Notes under the pieces: generated by a model
The model's database searches: none
What the model saw: only the letters and a program-made list of their open reading frames with translations
What the model was told of the DNA's origin: nothing
Source: a virus
Taxonomy: Duplodnaviria; Caudoviricetes
Virus record (IMG/VR): IMGVR_UViG_3300025782_000056
Location: 1 to 26,853 of that record
Reading direction: 5' to 3' (one strand)
DNA: 26,853 nt
Made by a program: the position numbers and the translations under genes
Shown: in pieces, positions 1-8,977 of the stretch
Numbering within the stretch: position 1 is the first letter of the stretch
Layout: the number at the start of each line of letters is the position of its first letter

Positions 1-1
1 A

Positions 2-271
2 GAAGATAAGTTTATTGATCTTGCTTTTAGCATGGGACCAATGAAAGAATTGTCAGCTGAACAAGTAAAACAATACATTCGTTATATTGCTGATCGACGT
101 TTGATTAGCATGGGTATGAAGGGTATCTTCAAAGTCAAGAAGAATCCATTACCATGGGTTGAAGAAATGATCAATGCTCCAACGCATACAAACTTCTTCG
201 AGAACCGTGCAACGGACTATGCGAAAGGTGCATTATCAGGCACATGGGAAGAAGTTTGGGCAAAAGGATAA
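2..271 (+). CDS. nrdB: Ribonucleotide reductase class I beta subunit, C-terminal part (truncated by window edge)
   Basis: EDKFIDLAF...YIRYIADRRL...NPLPW...HTNFFENRATDY is the typical NrdB C-terminal region; frame is open from position 2. Confidence 0.93.
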   Translation, partial: EDKFIDLAFSMGPMKELSAEQVKQYIRYIADRRLISMGMKGIFKVKKNPLPWVEEMINAPTHTNFFENRATDYAKGALSGTWEEVWAKG

Positions 272-277
272 AATACT

Positions 278-931
278 GTGGCATATTTAAATGTGAATAT
301 CCCTCCGATTGAATGTTATGTGAGATCTAATTTTCTACAAAATAGAAAAGAGTTTGAGGAGGGAAAAGATGTTTTTTTTCCTTGTGTAATTTTTGCTATG
401 ACATCTATTCCACATAAAGTTCCTCTATTCAACTTCCTTATGGAAGATGGTGGGATTTGGTGGAAGATGCCGATACATGCTTTTAGTTCTGTTCCTGATG
501 TACCAATGGACGAACTGCACCAGTTAGTATTGTGGGATAGTTTCTCATACTATCCCTCTGTGACTCAGTTTGATATGCTAATTGGCAAAAAGATGTCATA
601 TGTTAACAGAAGCAAAGAAACTGTTAGCGGAACTTATGTAATGACATTTGACTGGGCAGCGGAAGATAAAAACATAGCAGACTTAAGTTTCAGTGAAGTT
701 CCAGGTCAGCATAAATGTGGACACTTGATTAAACTTGATAATGGTAACTATGCGATTCAACCGAATAACAGAGTTAAAGTGTTTGATCCATCGTTTGTGA
801 CAAAACCTGGACAAATGGTAATTCAAAGATTCTTAAACACACATAATTGGACTGTTGAAGACAAAGACAAGTGGGTTCTTTCTGATGATGATAAGTACGA
901 TTATGACGTCAACTTAAAGGCAAAGAAATGA
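278..931 (+). CDS. Conserved hypothetical phage protein
   Basis: 217 aa ORF with GTG start, coupled to neighbours; QHKCGH...GNYAIQPNNR motif; no function recognised. Confidence 0.7.
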   Translation: MAYLNVNIPPIECYVRSNFLQNRKEFEEGKDVFFPCVIFAMTSIPHKVPLFNFLMEDGGIWWKMPIHAFSSVPDVPMDELHQLVLWDSFSYYPSVTQFDMLIGKKMSYVNRSKETVSGTYVMTFDWAAEDKNIADLSFSEVPGQHKCGHLIKLDNGNYAIQPNNRVKVFDPSFVTKPGQMVIQRFLNTHNWTVEDKDKWVLSDDDKYDYDVNLKAKK

Positions 932-1467
932 AATTTAATCAATTTTTAAACGAGAATCGTGAGAAGATTTATCAGAAATCTTTAAACTTCCCTAAGAGTT
1001 ATTTAAGCCCAATAATGAGCGAAGCTACAATCAACTATCATTTTATTGGACTTGCTTCAAAATACTTTGAGCGATATAATAAAGGTGAAGGGGATCCTGA
1101 TTTTAATTATGGTGGCGCAATGCTTCATAATATCTTCTTTGAACAATTCACTAAACCATATTCATCTCAATATGGTAAAATTATTAAAGCGAAAGTCAAT
1201 CGCAAGTATGGGAGTTTAGATGGATTGAAAGATGCTTTCGAAAAAGAAGCAATGGCTATCCAAGGAAGCGGTTGGGTTTATCTCGATTATAAGATGAACA
1301 TTCATACAATTCATAATCATGAATACGATGATGATATGAAGATTGTACTTCTTATTGACTGGTGGGAGCATGCATGGGCATTAGACTATCAAGCAGATAA
1401 GAAAAGCTATCTAAAGAACATTTGGGACATTATCGACTGGAACGTAATTAACGAAAGGTGCTTATAA
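928..1467 (+). CDS. sod: Fe/Mn superoxide dismutase family protein
   Basis: LSPIMSEATINYH, FNYGGAMLHNIFF, QGSGWVYL and DWWEHAW motifs; all four metal ligands present. Confidence 0.92.
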   Translation: MKFNQFLNENREKIYQKSLNFPKSYLSPIMSEATINYHFIGLASKYFERYNKGEGDPDFNYGGAMLHNIFFEQFTKPYSSQYGKIIKAKVNRKYGSLDGLKDAFEKEAMAIQGSGWVYLDYKMNIHTIHNHEYDDDMKIVLLIDWWEHAWALDYQADKKSYLKNIWDIIDWNVINERCL

Positions 1468-1736
1468 TGAAACTATTAAAATTCTACGCAGACTGGTGTG
1501 GTCCTTGTAAACAAATGACAAAGTTGATGGAAAGAATGGGAGACATGATTACCGTTCCTGTTGAAAACATCGATATTGATGAAGAACACAATCAAGACTT
1601 AGTCGCAAAGTATGGCGTCAGAACCATTCCAATGTTTGTATTGGTGAACGAAGAAGGTTTTGAAATCAAGCGCAATGTTGGTTCAATGACTGAAAGTAAA
1701 TTGATGTCATTTATTACTGAGGAATATAGTGAGTAA
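1467..1736 (+). CDS. trxA: Thioredoxin
   Basis: FYADWCGPCK active site and GVRTIPM cis-Pro motif; ATG 1467 overlaps the SOD stop (TAATG). Confidence 0.93.
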   Translation: MKLLKFYADWCGPCKQMTKLMERMGDMITVPVENIDIDEEHNQDLVAKYGVRTIPMFVLVNEEGFEIKRNVGSMTESKLMSFITEEYSE

Positions 1737-2694
1737 TTTCGTTAAGCAAGTGCTAGATGCTGGCGGTGATATTGCGCCATTGATTATTCCCTCTGAACTG
1801 ACCAACGGTACAGGAATCTTCAATCCATCAATCTATAACGACAATGGTAAGTTACTCTGTAACATTCGCCATTGTCAAGTCACAATCTATCACTCTGAAT
1901 TAGGCAAGTTTGAACATCAGTGGGGTCCATTATCATACATGAACCCTGAGAATGATATTAGCCTAACAACAACCAATTATCTTTGCGAGATTGGTGATGA
2001 TCTTCTGATTAAAAAGTTTAATAAAGTTAACACTTCTAAACTGGACACTCCACCAATTTGGGATTTCAAGGGACTAGAAGACGGTAGAACTATTCGTTGG
2101 GATGGTAAACTGTACATTTGTGGTGTTCGTAGAGATACAACTACAAATGGTCAAGGCAGAATGGAACTCTCTGAACTAACTGAGGATGGCGTTGAGATTT
2201 CTAGATTTAGAATTCCTGCTCCAGGGGATGATACCAGTTACTGTGAGAAAAACTGGATGCCTGTCGTTGACATGCCATATCATTTTGTTAAATGGTCTAA
2301 TCCCACCGAAGTTGTTAAAGTCGATCCAGTAAATAGAACATGCGAACAGGTTTATGTTGGTCCAGCATATCAAAGACCTTACGACTATAGAGGTGGTTCA
2401 CATGTTATTACTGTTGGTGAATATCGTGTTTGCTTAACACACACAACTTATTTGTATAAGAGCGAACAAGGAAACAAGAATGCAATCTATCGTCATTGTT
2501 TCATTGTTTGGGATAAAGATTGGAATATTGTAAAATACGGTGAGCCGTTTTCGTTTATGGATTCTAAAATAGAATTCTGCGCAGGAATGACAGAATATAA
2601 TGGTGATATATTAATCACATTCGGTGTTCAAGATAACGCTGCTTATGTTCTAAAAGCGCCAATGAAATTTATTGTGGACTATATCAATGGATAA
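1729..2694 (+). CDS. Five-bladed beta-propeller glycoside hydrolase/phosphorylase-like protein (GH130/GH43-like)
   Basis: FNPSI, GLEDGR, EKNWMP, RGGS, IEFCAG and ITFGVQD motifs. Confidence 0.65.
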   Translation: MSNFVKQVLDAGGDIAPLIIPSELTNGTGIFNPSIYNDNGKLLCNIRHCQVTIYHSELGKFEHQWGPLSYMNPENDISLTTTNYLCEIGDDLLIKKFNKVNTSKLDTPPIWDFKGLEDGRTIRWDGKLYICGVRRDTTTNGQGRMELSELTEDGVEISRFRIPAPGDDTSYCEKNWMPVVDMPYHFVKWSNPTEVVKVDPVNRTCEQVYVGPAYQRPYDYRGGSHVITVGEYRVCLTHTTYLYKSEQGNKNAIYRHCFIVWDKDWNIVKYGEPFSFMDSKIEFCAGMTEYNGDILITFGVQDNAAYVLKAPMKFIVDYING

Positions 2695-3937
2695 ACTAAC
2701 ATCATTAATCAAGGATTATGTAACTAATCCTGAAGATCCAGAAAAGAATTTTAAATTAGCCTGTGAATATGATTCTATTGGGCAGACTGCATCAGCTTAC
2801 ACATTCTATATGCGAGCGGCTGAAAGATATGAAGACGTTTTAATGCAATATGTTTGCTTATTAAGATGCGCCACTTGTTTTGAAAAACAAGGGTATAGAA
2901 GTCACACAGTTAGCATTTTATTAAAACACGCAATCTGTTTACTTCCTAAAAGACCAGAAGCATACTTTATGCTCAGCAGAATGTATGAAATAAAAAGCGA
3001 GCATGTCGACTCTTATGTTTATGCTCAGATTGCTCTTGGTGTAATTGAAGACTCTGAGCCTTTACCTTATCCTGTAGATTATCCAGGTCAATATGGACTT
3101 ATTTTTGAGAAAGCCGTTTCCTCATGGTATTGGGGAAAAGGTATGGAAGCCAGAAAGTTATTCTTACAATTGAAAAGTAATTACAAAGATGTCATGAGCG
3201 ATATGCATAAAACCATCGTTCAAAACAATCTTATGAATTTGGGTTCTGGGCCAGAAGATGTCTCTAAAAGACCATATGTTAAGTCTCAACATTCTAAATT
3301 AAGAAACAAATTTGACAAATCAGATGAAATAGAATATAATTATTCTCAAGTATTTCAAGATATGTTTGTATTACAGTGTCTGAACGGTAAAACAAATGGA
3401 ACATATGTTGAAGTCGGTAGCGCAAGACCATTTTATGGTAACAATACCGCTCTATTAGAAAAACTTGGGTGGACTGGTATTGGGTTTGAGATTAGAGAAG
3501 ATTTTGTAAACCAGTACAATGCGGAGAGAAGAAACAAAGTATTAAAACAAGACGCAACAACTGCAGACTATAATTCTATTCTTAAGAATTTAGCTGTTAA
3601 TGGTGTTGTGGATTATTTGCAATTAGATATAGAACCACCCAATGTCACTTTTGAGGCATTGTTGGCGATTCCATTCGACAACTATAAGTTCGCTGTCATC
3701 ACCTATGAGCACGATTACTATATAGACATGACAGGAACGTATCGTGATAAATCTAGAAAATATCTAAGATCGTTAGGATACGAATTAGTTGTTGGAAACG
3801 TTTCGCCTACAGAAGCAGCTCCATTTGAAGATTGGTGGGTTCATCCAGACTTAGTGGATAGAGAAACCATTGATCGTTTGAAATGCTCTGATCGAGACGT
3901 CATTCCAATAGAGGATTATATGTTTATAAAGGAATGA
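2687..3937 (+). CDS. TPR-domain / FkbM-like methyltransferase fusion
   Basis: N-terminal helical TPR-like repeats (PKRPEAYFMLS); C-terminal YSQVFQD, GTYVEVGS, GNNT, DYLQLDIEP, ITYEHD, EDWW. Confidence 0.7.
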   Translation: MDKLTSLIKDYVTNPEDPEKNFKLACEYDSIGQTASAYTFYMRAAERYEDVLMQYVCLLRCATCFEKQGYRSHTVSILLKHAICLLPKRPEAYFMLSRMYEIKSEHVDSYVYAQIALGVIEDSEPLPYPVDYPGQYGLIFEKAVSSWYWGKGMEARKLFLQLKSNYKDVMSDMHKTIVQNNLMNLGSGPEDVSKRPYVKSQHSKLRNKFDKSDEIEYNYSQVFQDMFVLQCLNGKTNGTYVEVGSARPFYGNNTALLEKLGWTGIGFEIREDFVNQYNAERRNKVLKQDATTADYNSILKNLAVNGVVDYLQLDIEPPNVTFEALLAIPFDNYKFAVITYEHDYYIDMTGTYRDKSRKYLRSLGYELVVGNVSPTEAAPFEDWWVHPDLVDRETIDRLKCSDRDVIPIEDYMFIKE

Positions 3938-4119
3938 TGATGACTGACGATCCATATGTACAAATATCTTGCCCTAATTGTGAATCCCAATATGCAGTAG
4001 AATTTTTAGTTGGTAATGTTGAAGGTGATCCTGATTACTGCCCATTCTGTGGGGATGAAATCCCTGAACAGGATGATGATTATGAAGAAGATGAAGAAGA
4101 ACTCGAAGAGTCATGGTAA
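3934..4119 (+). CDS. Small zinc-ribbon protein with acidic tail
   Basis: CPNC...CPFCG, D/E-rich C-terminus. Confidence 0.75.
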   Translation: MMMTDDPYVQISCPNCESQYAVEFLVGNVEGDPDYCPFCGDEIPEQDDDYEEDEEELEESW

Positions 4120-4676
4120 TCGGAATAGATTATTCATTGACTTCTCCTGCCATGTGCGTGATGGCAGAGCCTAATATCAATAAATGTATTTTCTATTATT
4201 TGACTTCTAGCAGTAAGTTAGTTGGAACATTCAAAAACGCAATCGGAGCACTCCACAAAGAATACTATTCAGAACAAGAGCGATATGATAACATCGCTGA
4301 ATATTTCTTGAATAAGATTCCTCTTGATAAAGGTGTTCCAAATATCTTTATTGAAGATTACTCATTTGGTTCTACAGGTAAAGTTTTCCATATCGCAGAA
4401 AATGCTGGCTTACTGAAATATAAGTTTTGGGAAGTCGGATATAAATTTGAGACAGTTGCTCCGACTACAGTGAAGAAATTCGCTACAGGTAAGGGTAATG
4501 CTGATAAAGCCAAAATGTATGAGCAATTTTGTAATGAGACTGGAGAAAATTATAGTATGTTATTGAATAAGAATTTGACTCTTGGGAGTCCAGTGACTGA
4601 CATTGTAGATAGTTTTTATATTGCCAAGTTTGGTTACGATAAAATCAATCAAAAAGGAGTCGTTCATGGGCAGTAA
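4113..4676 (+). CDS. RuvC-like Holliday junction resolvase
   Basis: IGIDYSLT, FIEDY, PTTVKKFATGKGNADK and DIVDS give the RNase H-fold acidic residues. Confidence 0.85.
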   Translation: MVIGIDYSLTSPAMCVMAEPNINKCIFYYLTSSSKLVGTFKNAIGALHKEYYSEQERYDNIAEYFLNKIPLDKGVPNIFIEDYSFGSTGKVFHIAENAGLLKYKFWEVGYKFETVAPTTVKKFATGKGNADKAKMYEQFCNETGENYSMLLNKNLTLGSPVTDIVDSFYIAKFGYDKINQKGVVHGQ

Positions 4677-5070
4677 ATTAAACCACATTAGAGAGCTTCA
4701 AATAAAAGAAGATGATGTTGATGGTATTTCATTTAGTATCGATGAAGAAAAAACCAACGAAGATCAAATCGCTTGGGACTTTAATATTATGAAATTAAAT
4801 GATGACTTGTCCAGAGATTTTTATAAGCATGAACTCGGATATATGTATCAAATTGTACTATATAAGGATGATGAAGCCGAAGTATTTGAAGCGATTATTG
4901 GCGATATGAAGAATTATGTAAAGGGTCTTGTTCGCGTCAATCAAGAAGGGTTGATCGTCAAGAAGTGTAAAAAATCTGAAGAAATGATGGATAAAATATT
5001 CAAGGGTAAATTTGCTGAAGCTCTAAAAGCTGGCAAAGTAAAAACACCGAGAACTGCAGAGGCTGTATGA
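4666..5070 (+). CDS. Hypothetical protein
   Basis: AAGGAG RBS before ATG 4666; ORF coupled to the next gene. Confidence 0.7.
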   Translation: MGSKLNHIRELQIKEDDVDGISFSIDEEKTNEDQIAWDFNIMKLNDDLSRDFYKHELGYMYQIVLYKDDEAEVFEAIIGDMKNYVKGLVRVNQEGLIVKKCKKSEEMMDKIFKGKFAEALKAGKVKTPRTAEAV

Positions 5071-6029
5071 AAAATCATTATCTCGTGGCTGGTGGTGCTG
5101 GCTTTTTGGGATCTCATTTAACTAAACGATTATTGGATGAAGGTAATGATGTTACAGTTGTTGACAACCTGTGTACAGGTAATATTAGAAACATTGAATC
5201 GTTTTTTAGAAACAGCAATTTCAGTTATGTCAATCGTGATATTAACGACACTGGCATTGTTCGTTTATTCCGCGACCATTATTTCGATGGGATTTTTAAT
5301 CTTGCTTGTCCAGCTAGTCCAATCCATTATCAAAACATTCCAATCCAAACCACCCTCACCTGTGTAGTGGGAACAAACAATTTACTACAATTGGCATTAA
5401 ATCATGGCAGTAAAATTCTCCAAGCGTCTACTTCCGAAGTATATGGTGATCCCGAGATTAGCCCACAACATGAGCACTATGTGGGACACGTTAACAGCTA
5501 TGGTCCGAGGGCTTGCTACGACGAGGGTAAACGTGCCGCTGAAGCTCTTTTCTATGATTATAAACGCATTCACAATGTTGATACTCGTATTATCCGCATA
5601 TTTAACACTTACGGTCCTAATATGTCTGTTGACGATGGTCGTGTCGTAAGCAATTTTATTGTACAAGCACTAAGAGGTCAAGACATCACAATCTACGGTG
5701 ATGGTTCTCAAACAAGAAGCTTCTGTTATGTAGACGATAACATTGAAGGCATGTTAGCTGTTTTCAATTCTAATATTTCAACTCCTGTGAACATTGGTAA
5801 TCCTCAAGAATTTACAATGCTCGAGTTGGCTCAAAAGATTATTAGAATTACACACTCAAAATCTAAAATTACATTTCAACCGCTACCACAAGATGATCCT
5901 AAACAGCGCAGACCTGATATTGGACTCGCTATGTCATTGAATTGGAAGCCCAAAAAAATACTTGACAATGGGCTATATGATACGGTACAATATTTCCGTG
6001 AAATGTTAAATGACAAAACGAAATATTAA
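5067..6029 (+). CDS. UDP-glucuronate decarboxylase (UDP-xylose synthase-like), extended SDR
   Basis: GGAGFLGSH, NLACPASP, ASTSEVYGDP, RACYDEGKR (YxxxK), DGRVVSNFI, QTRSFCYVDD, DDPKQRRPDI. Confidence 0.9.
   Translation: MKNHYLVAGGAGFLGSHLTKRLLDEGNDVTVVDNLCTGNIRNIESFFRNSNFSYVNRDINDTGIVRLFRDHYFDGIFNLACPASPIHYQNIPIQTTLTCVVGTNNLLQLALNHGSKILQASTSEVYGDPEISPQHEHYVGHVNSYGPRACYDEGKRAAEALFYDYKRIHNVDTRIIRIFNTYGPNMSVDDGRVVSNFIVQALRGQDITIYGDGSQTRSFCYVDDNIEGMLAVFNSNISTPVNIGNPQEFTMLELAQKIIRITHSKSKITFQPLPQDDPKQRRPDIGLAMSLNWKPKKILDNGLYDTVQYFREMLNDKTKY
5962..5991 (+). promoter_or_regulatory. Putative sigma70-type promoter embedded in the 3' end of the decarboxylase gene
   Basis: TTGACA(5962-5967), 18 bp, TACAAT(5986-5991), with an upstream A-tract. 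Confidence 0.5.
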
Positions 6030-6393
6030 AATAGCATTGGGTTTGATATTACTTCCTGTAATTGTAATTTATTGGAAAGAAATTGTAACTGCATTAATTA
6101 TGATATTATTTGTAATATCATGTATCGGTATTCTTTATGTTGCAGGTAAAGTTACTGGTGGCGGTCGTCCTGGTAGAATTCGCAATAATGGCGGCTACAA
6201 ATATAAACCAAAAAAGTCAAAACCGTTTGGTAATCCATACAGTTCGACAAAAATCTTATCAAGAAAAAGAACTGGAATTATAACACAAACTCAGACCTTA
6301 AGAAATGGACAAATTAAAAGTTCTATTAGCATAAGTGGTGTGACATCTAGTAGATCTAATAGTAGTGGAAAGTGGAAGACAAGAAAGAGGTAG
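6010..6393 (+). CDS. Membrane protein with basic C-terminal tail
   Basis: Two N-terminal hydrophobic segments followed by a K/R/S/G-rich tail. Confidence 0.6.
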   Translation: MTKRNIKIALGLILLPVIVIYWKEIVTALIMILFVISCIGILYVAGKVTGGGRPGRIRNNGGYKYKPKKSKPFGNPYSSTKILSRKRTGIITQTQTLRNGQIKSSISISGVTSSRSNSSGKWKTRKR

Positions 6394-6396
6394 ATT

Positions 6397-6678
6397 ATGA
6401 ATATTAATGATTATAATGATCTTTATAACTTTTTGAAAAATAATGTTGCTCATATTAAGTTTACAAAAGTAGATGGAACTGAGCGTGTAATGCGATGTAC
6501 TTTAAAAGATGACATGTTACCTGAGCAATATCGTGGTAAGGGAAGTATGTTGACCGAAGCAGGAAATGCTTTGCGTGTATTTGATCTCGATGTTGGTCAA
6601 TGGCGCTCATTCAAACCTGAGTCAGTATTACAATTATCTGCAGCAGCACACGCACAAAGAGTTACACTAAATGGCTAA
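6397..6678 (+). CDS. SH3-like beta-barrel protein (WYL_2/DUF2693-like)
   Basis: FTKVDGTERVMRCTL...VFDLDVGQWRSF motif. Confidence 0.7.
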   Translation: MNINDYNDLYNFLKNNVAHIKFTKVDGTERVMRCTLKDDMLPEQYRGKGSMLTEAGNALRVFDLDVGQWRSFKPESVLQLSAAAHAQRVTLNG

Positions 6679-7711
6679 GACAGCAGTCAAGGTTCAGCTT
6701 GATCCAGAACCAAGTTATAGCGGTGTTGTCCCTGTAACTGAAATAGAGATTAGTCGTGCACTTAACTGGTACGCACGAAACAAAACAACAAAAGATGCAG
6801 CGAAGATTTTGGGTTGTGACTCTAGAGTTGCCAATCCAACACTTGCATGGATGTTGACTCTGAAAAAGAGAGGATTCATTTTTGATGAAAAGAATCAATT
6901 ATGGATCGCAGAGGCACAAAGAATTCTAAAGGCTAAAGTTGATGAAGCCAAAAAAGAAACTGTTGAGTTTGATGAAGAAGGCAATGTCATCAACAACGTT
7001 GTGAATATTCAAGAAAGAATTGCTAACAGAACTAATGTGTACATTGGTGAACTTGAAGGCATGCTTGATGAATATGGTGTTGGTGAAAAAGAATTTAATG
7101 CCTATGAGTGGTTTCAAAAGAATGAAGTCAAGCCTGTTCATGCCACTGGCATTATTGATTATTTTGAAAAACGTCTAGAGAATTTTAACGAAGAAAGCTC
7201 AAGCAAAAAGAATAAAGAATACTATGAGGGTTTGAGTAAGAAACGCATCAAGAGCATTCGCTCTGTTATGGAAACAATTATTAATGATGCGACTCGTCTA
7301 GGTGCAATTAAGAAAACACGCAAGACTCGTAAGGCTAAAGTCCTATCGCATGATAAGATTGTTAAGAATCTCAAGTATCTTAAGAACCATGCTGAATTTA
7401 AACTACAGTCCATTAATCCAGAACTAATCATTGGCGCGGAACATCTATGGGTGTTCAACGTTAAGACTCGTAAACTTGGATTATATGTTGCAAAGAACAT
7501 CGATGGATTAAATGTAAAAGGTTCTTCAATATTAAACTTTACAGAAACTTCAGTGTCAAAGACAGTAAGAAAACCTGAAAAGGTTTTGACTGACGTATTG
7601 AATGGAAGTAAGGTTACGTTAAGAAAGCTGATGGATACTATCAATTCTAAGCCTGTTGCATTGAATGGTAGAATTAATAAAGATACTGTTTTATTAAGAA
7701 TTGTTAAATGA
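6671..7711 (+). CDS. Conserved hypothetical phage protein (basic C-terminal domain)
   Basis: 346 aa ORF overlapping both neighbours; no function recognised. Confidence 0.75.
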   Translation: MAKTAVKVQLDPEPSYSGVVPVTEIEISRALNWYARNKTTKDAAKILGCDSRVANPTLAWMLTLKKRGFIFDEKNQLWIAEAQRILKAKVDEAKKETVEFDEEGNVINNVVNIQERIANRTNVYIGELEGMLDEYGVGEKEFNAYEWFQKNEVKPVHATGIIDYFEKRLENFNEESSSKKNKEYYEGLSKKRIKSIRSVMETIINDATRLGAIKKTRKTRKAKVLSHDKIVKNLKYLKNHAEFKLQSINPELIIGAEHLWVFNVKTRKLGLYVAKNIDGLNVKGSSILNFTETSVSKTVRKPEKVLTDVLNGSKVTLRKLMDTINSKPVALNGRINKDTVLLRIVK

Positions 7712-8232
7712 TAACTGTATCTTCCCCACATCTAGACCAAAAAGACAAAAAACTTATTCGAGATTATTCTAATTTCGTTATAAGTAGGTTTGTTAAGGGG
7801 AGCCTCTTAGACAAGGTTAACATTAAAATTGAAATTGTTACTGCGAACGACTTGGATCATTATGCCGATGTTGATGATCTAAAGAAACTCGAAGCATGGT
7901 GTCAATACTTGGGAGTGTTTAAAGAAAAGAAACATTTTAGAATTGTATTGAATGCCAAAAACATTTCAAAAGTAAATGAACCATTAAGAAAATATAAAAA
8001 GATATTAATCGGACTTGGTCATGAATTGGTACATGTTAAACAATATTTGAACGGTGAGATGTTTGACTATGTTAGTGGTGGTGTAAAGTATAAAGGCTCA
8101 TACTTTGATCATAGTTATCAAAATGTTCAAGAAGCATATTATGATGCACCTTGGGAAATTGAAGCATATGGTCGAGAGTTGGGTTTGTATAAGATGTTTA
8201 TAACTAAGATGAAAGGTGCTGAGAAGAAATAA
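7708..8232 (+). CDS. Putative zinc metallopeptidase
   Basis: GHELVHVKQ (HExxH) and downstream PWEIEAY. Confidence 0.7.
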   Translation: MITVSSPHLDQKDKKLIRDYSNFVISRFVKGSLLDKVNIKIEIVTANDLDHYADVDDLKKLEAWCQYLGVFKEKKHFRIVLNAKNISKVNEPLRKYKKILIGLGHELVHVKQYLNGEMFDYVSGGVKYKGSYFDHSYQNVQEAYYDAPWEIEAYGRELGLYKMFITKMKGAEKK

Positions 8233-8233
8233 A

Positions 8234-8392
8234 ATGGACAACAGACATTTTGATGAGATGAATGATGATTGGAGCGAATACAGAAAAAGCTCTAGAAAGA
8301 AACAAAAACATCGTGAAGACAGTGACAAATCGTTCAAGTTTGATAAAAGAAAAGATTATGATGATGATAGTTATAAAAGACAAAGGAGATAA
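8234..8392 (+). CDS. Small highly charged protein (52 aa), not in ORF track
   Basis: MDNRHFDEMNDDWSEYRKSSRKKQKHREDSDKSFKFDKRKDYDDDSYKRQRR fills the gap between neighbours exactly. Confidence 0.6.
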   Translation: MDNRHFDEMNDDWSEYRKSSRKKQKHREDSDKSFKFDKRKDYDDDSYKRQRR

Positions 8393-8393
8393 A

Positions 8394-8759
8394 ATGAAGA
8401 AAATTATTGCAGGTTTATTATTAGCGACTTCGTTGGTTACTACTATTGCTGCAGCTCATGAGCCTCGTGCCTTTTGGGGCGAGCATCGCGGATGGGCACC
8501 ATATCATGGTGGATGGTGGGGACCATTTGATGTTCTAGCAGGTGTTGTGATTGGTGGTATTGTGATGCATGAGATTGATGTTAATGCTGCACCTCCAGCT
8601 GGATATACTCGCACAGTTGTATGTAACCAAGTCATGATTGGCGTTGACATGTACAATCGTCCAGTTTATCAACAACAATGTCATGTAGAATGGGTACAAG
8701 TACAACAACCAGTTGTTGTTCAACCACAACCTCAACCGCAGCCAGCTCCACAACAATAG
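8394..8759 (+). CDS. Exported/envelope protein with signal peptide and Pro/Gln tail
   Basis: AGGAG RBS; MKKIIAGLLLATSLVTTIAAA signal peptide; LAGVVIGGIV hydrophobic segment; QPQPQPQ tail. Confidence 0.7.
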   Translation: MKKIIAGLLLATSLVTTIAAAHEPRAFWGEHRGWAPYHGGWWGPFDVLAGVVIGGIVMHEIDVNAAPPAGYTRTVVCNQVMIGVDMYNRPVYQQQCHVEWVQVQQPVVVQPQPQPQPAPQQ

Positions 8760-8766
8760 GTGACTT

Positions 8767-8931
8767 ATGGATCTGCCCATTAATGAATATGAATTAGATG
8801 CGATTATTGATGAATTAATTAGGGCTGGTCGTTTCCAGATCTCTGATAAGTTGATTCTTGTCAGAGATCTGATGAAAGAAGGTAAGCCATATAAAAAGAT
8901 TCTACGCGAAGAACACGGAATTGTAGCCTGA
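8767..8931 (+). CDS. Hypothetical protein (54 aa), not in ORF track
   Basis: AGGTG RBS; MDLPINEYELDAIIDEL...KKILREEHGIVA. Confidence 0.65.
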   Translation: MDLPINEYELDAIIDELIRAGRFQISDKLILVRDLMKEGKPYKKILREEHGIVA

Positions 8932-8937
8932 ACAAGA

Positions 8938-8945
8938 TATAAATA
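8938..8945 (+). promoter_or_regulatory. T4-type late promoter
   Basis: Exact TATAAATA in an intergenic gap, 32 nt upstream of ATG 8978. Confidence 0.75.
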
Positions 8946-8977
8946 ATAGAAACTCTCTCTCTATTAAGGATAAGCAG

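Noticed and set aside
8262-8393. N-terminal extension of ORF 8262-8759
   Set aside because: A better start lies at 8394 (AGGAG RBS, signal peptide), and the region is occupied by ORF 8234-8392.
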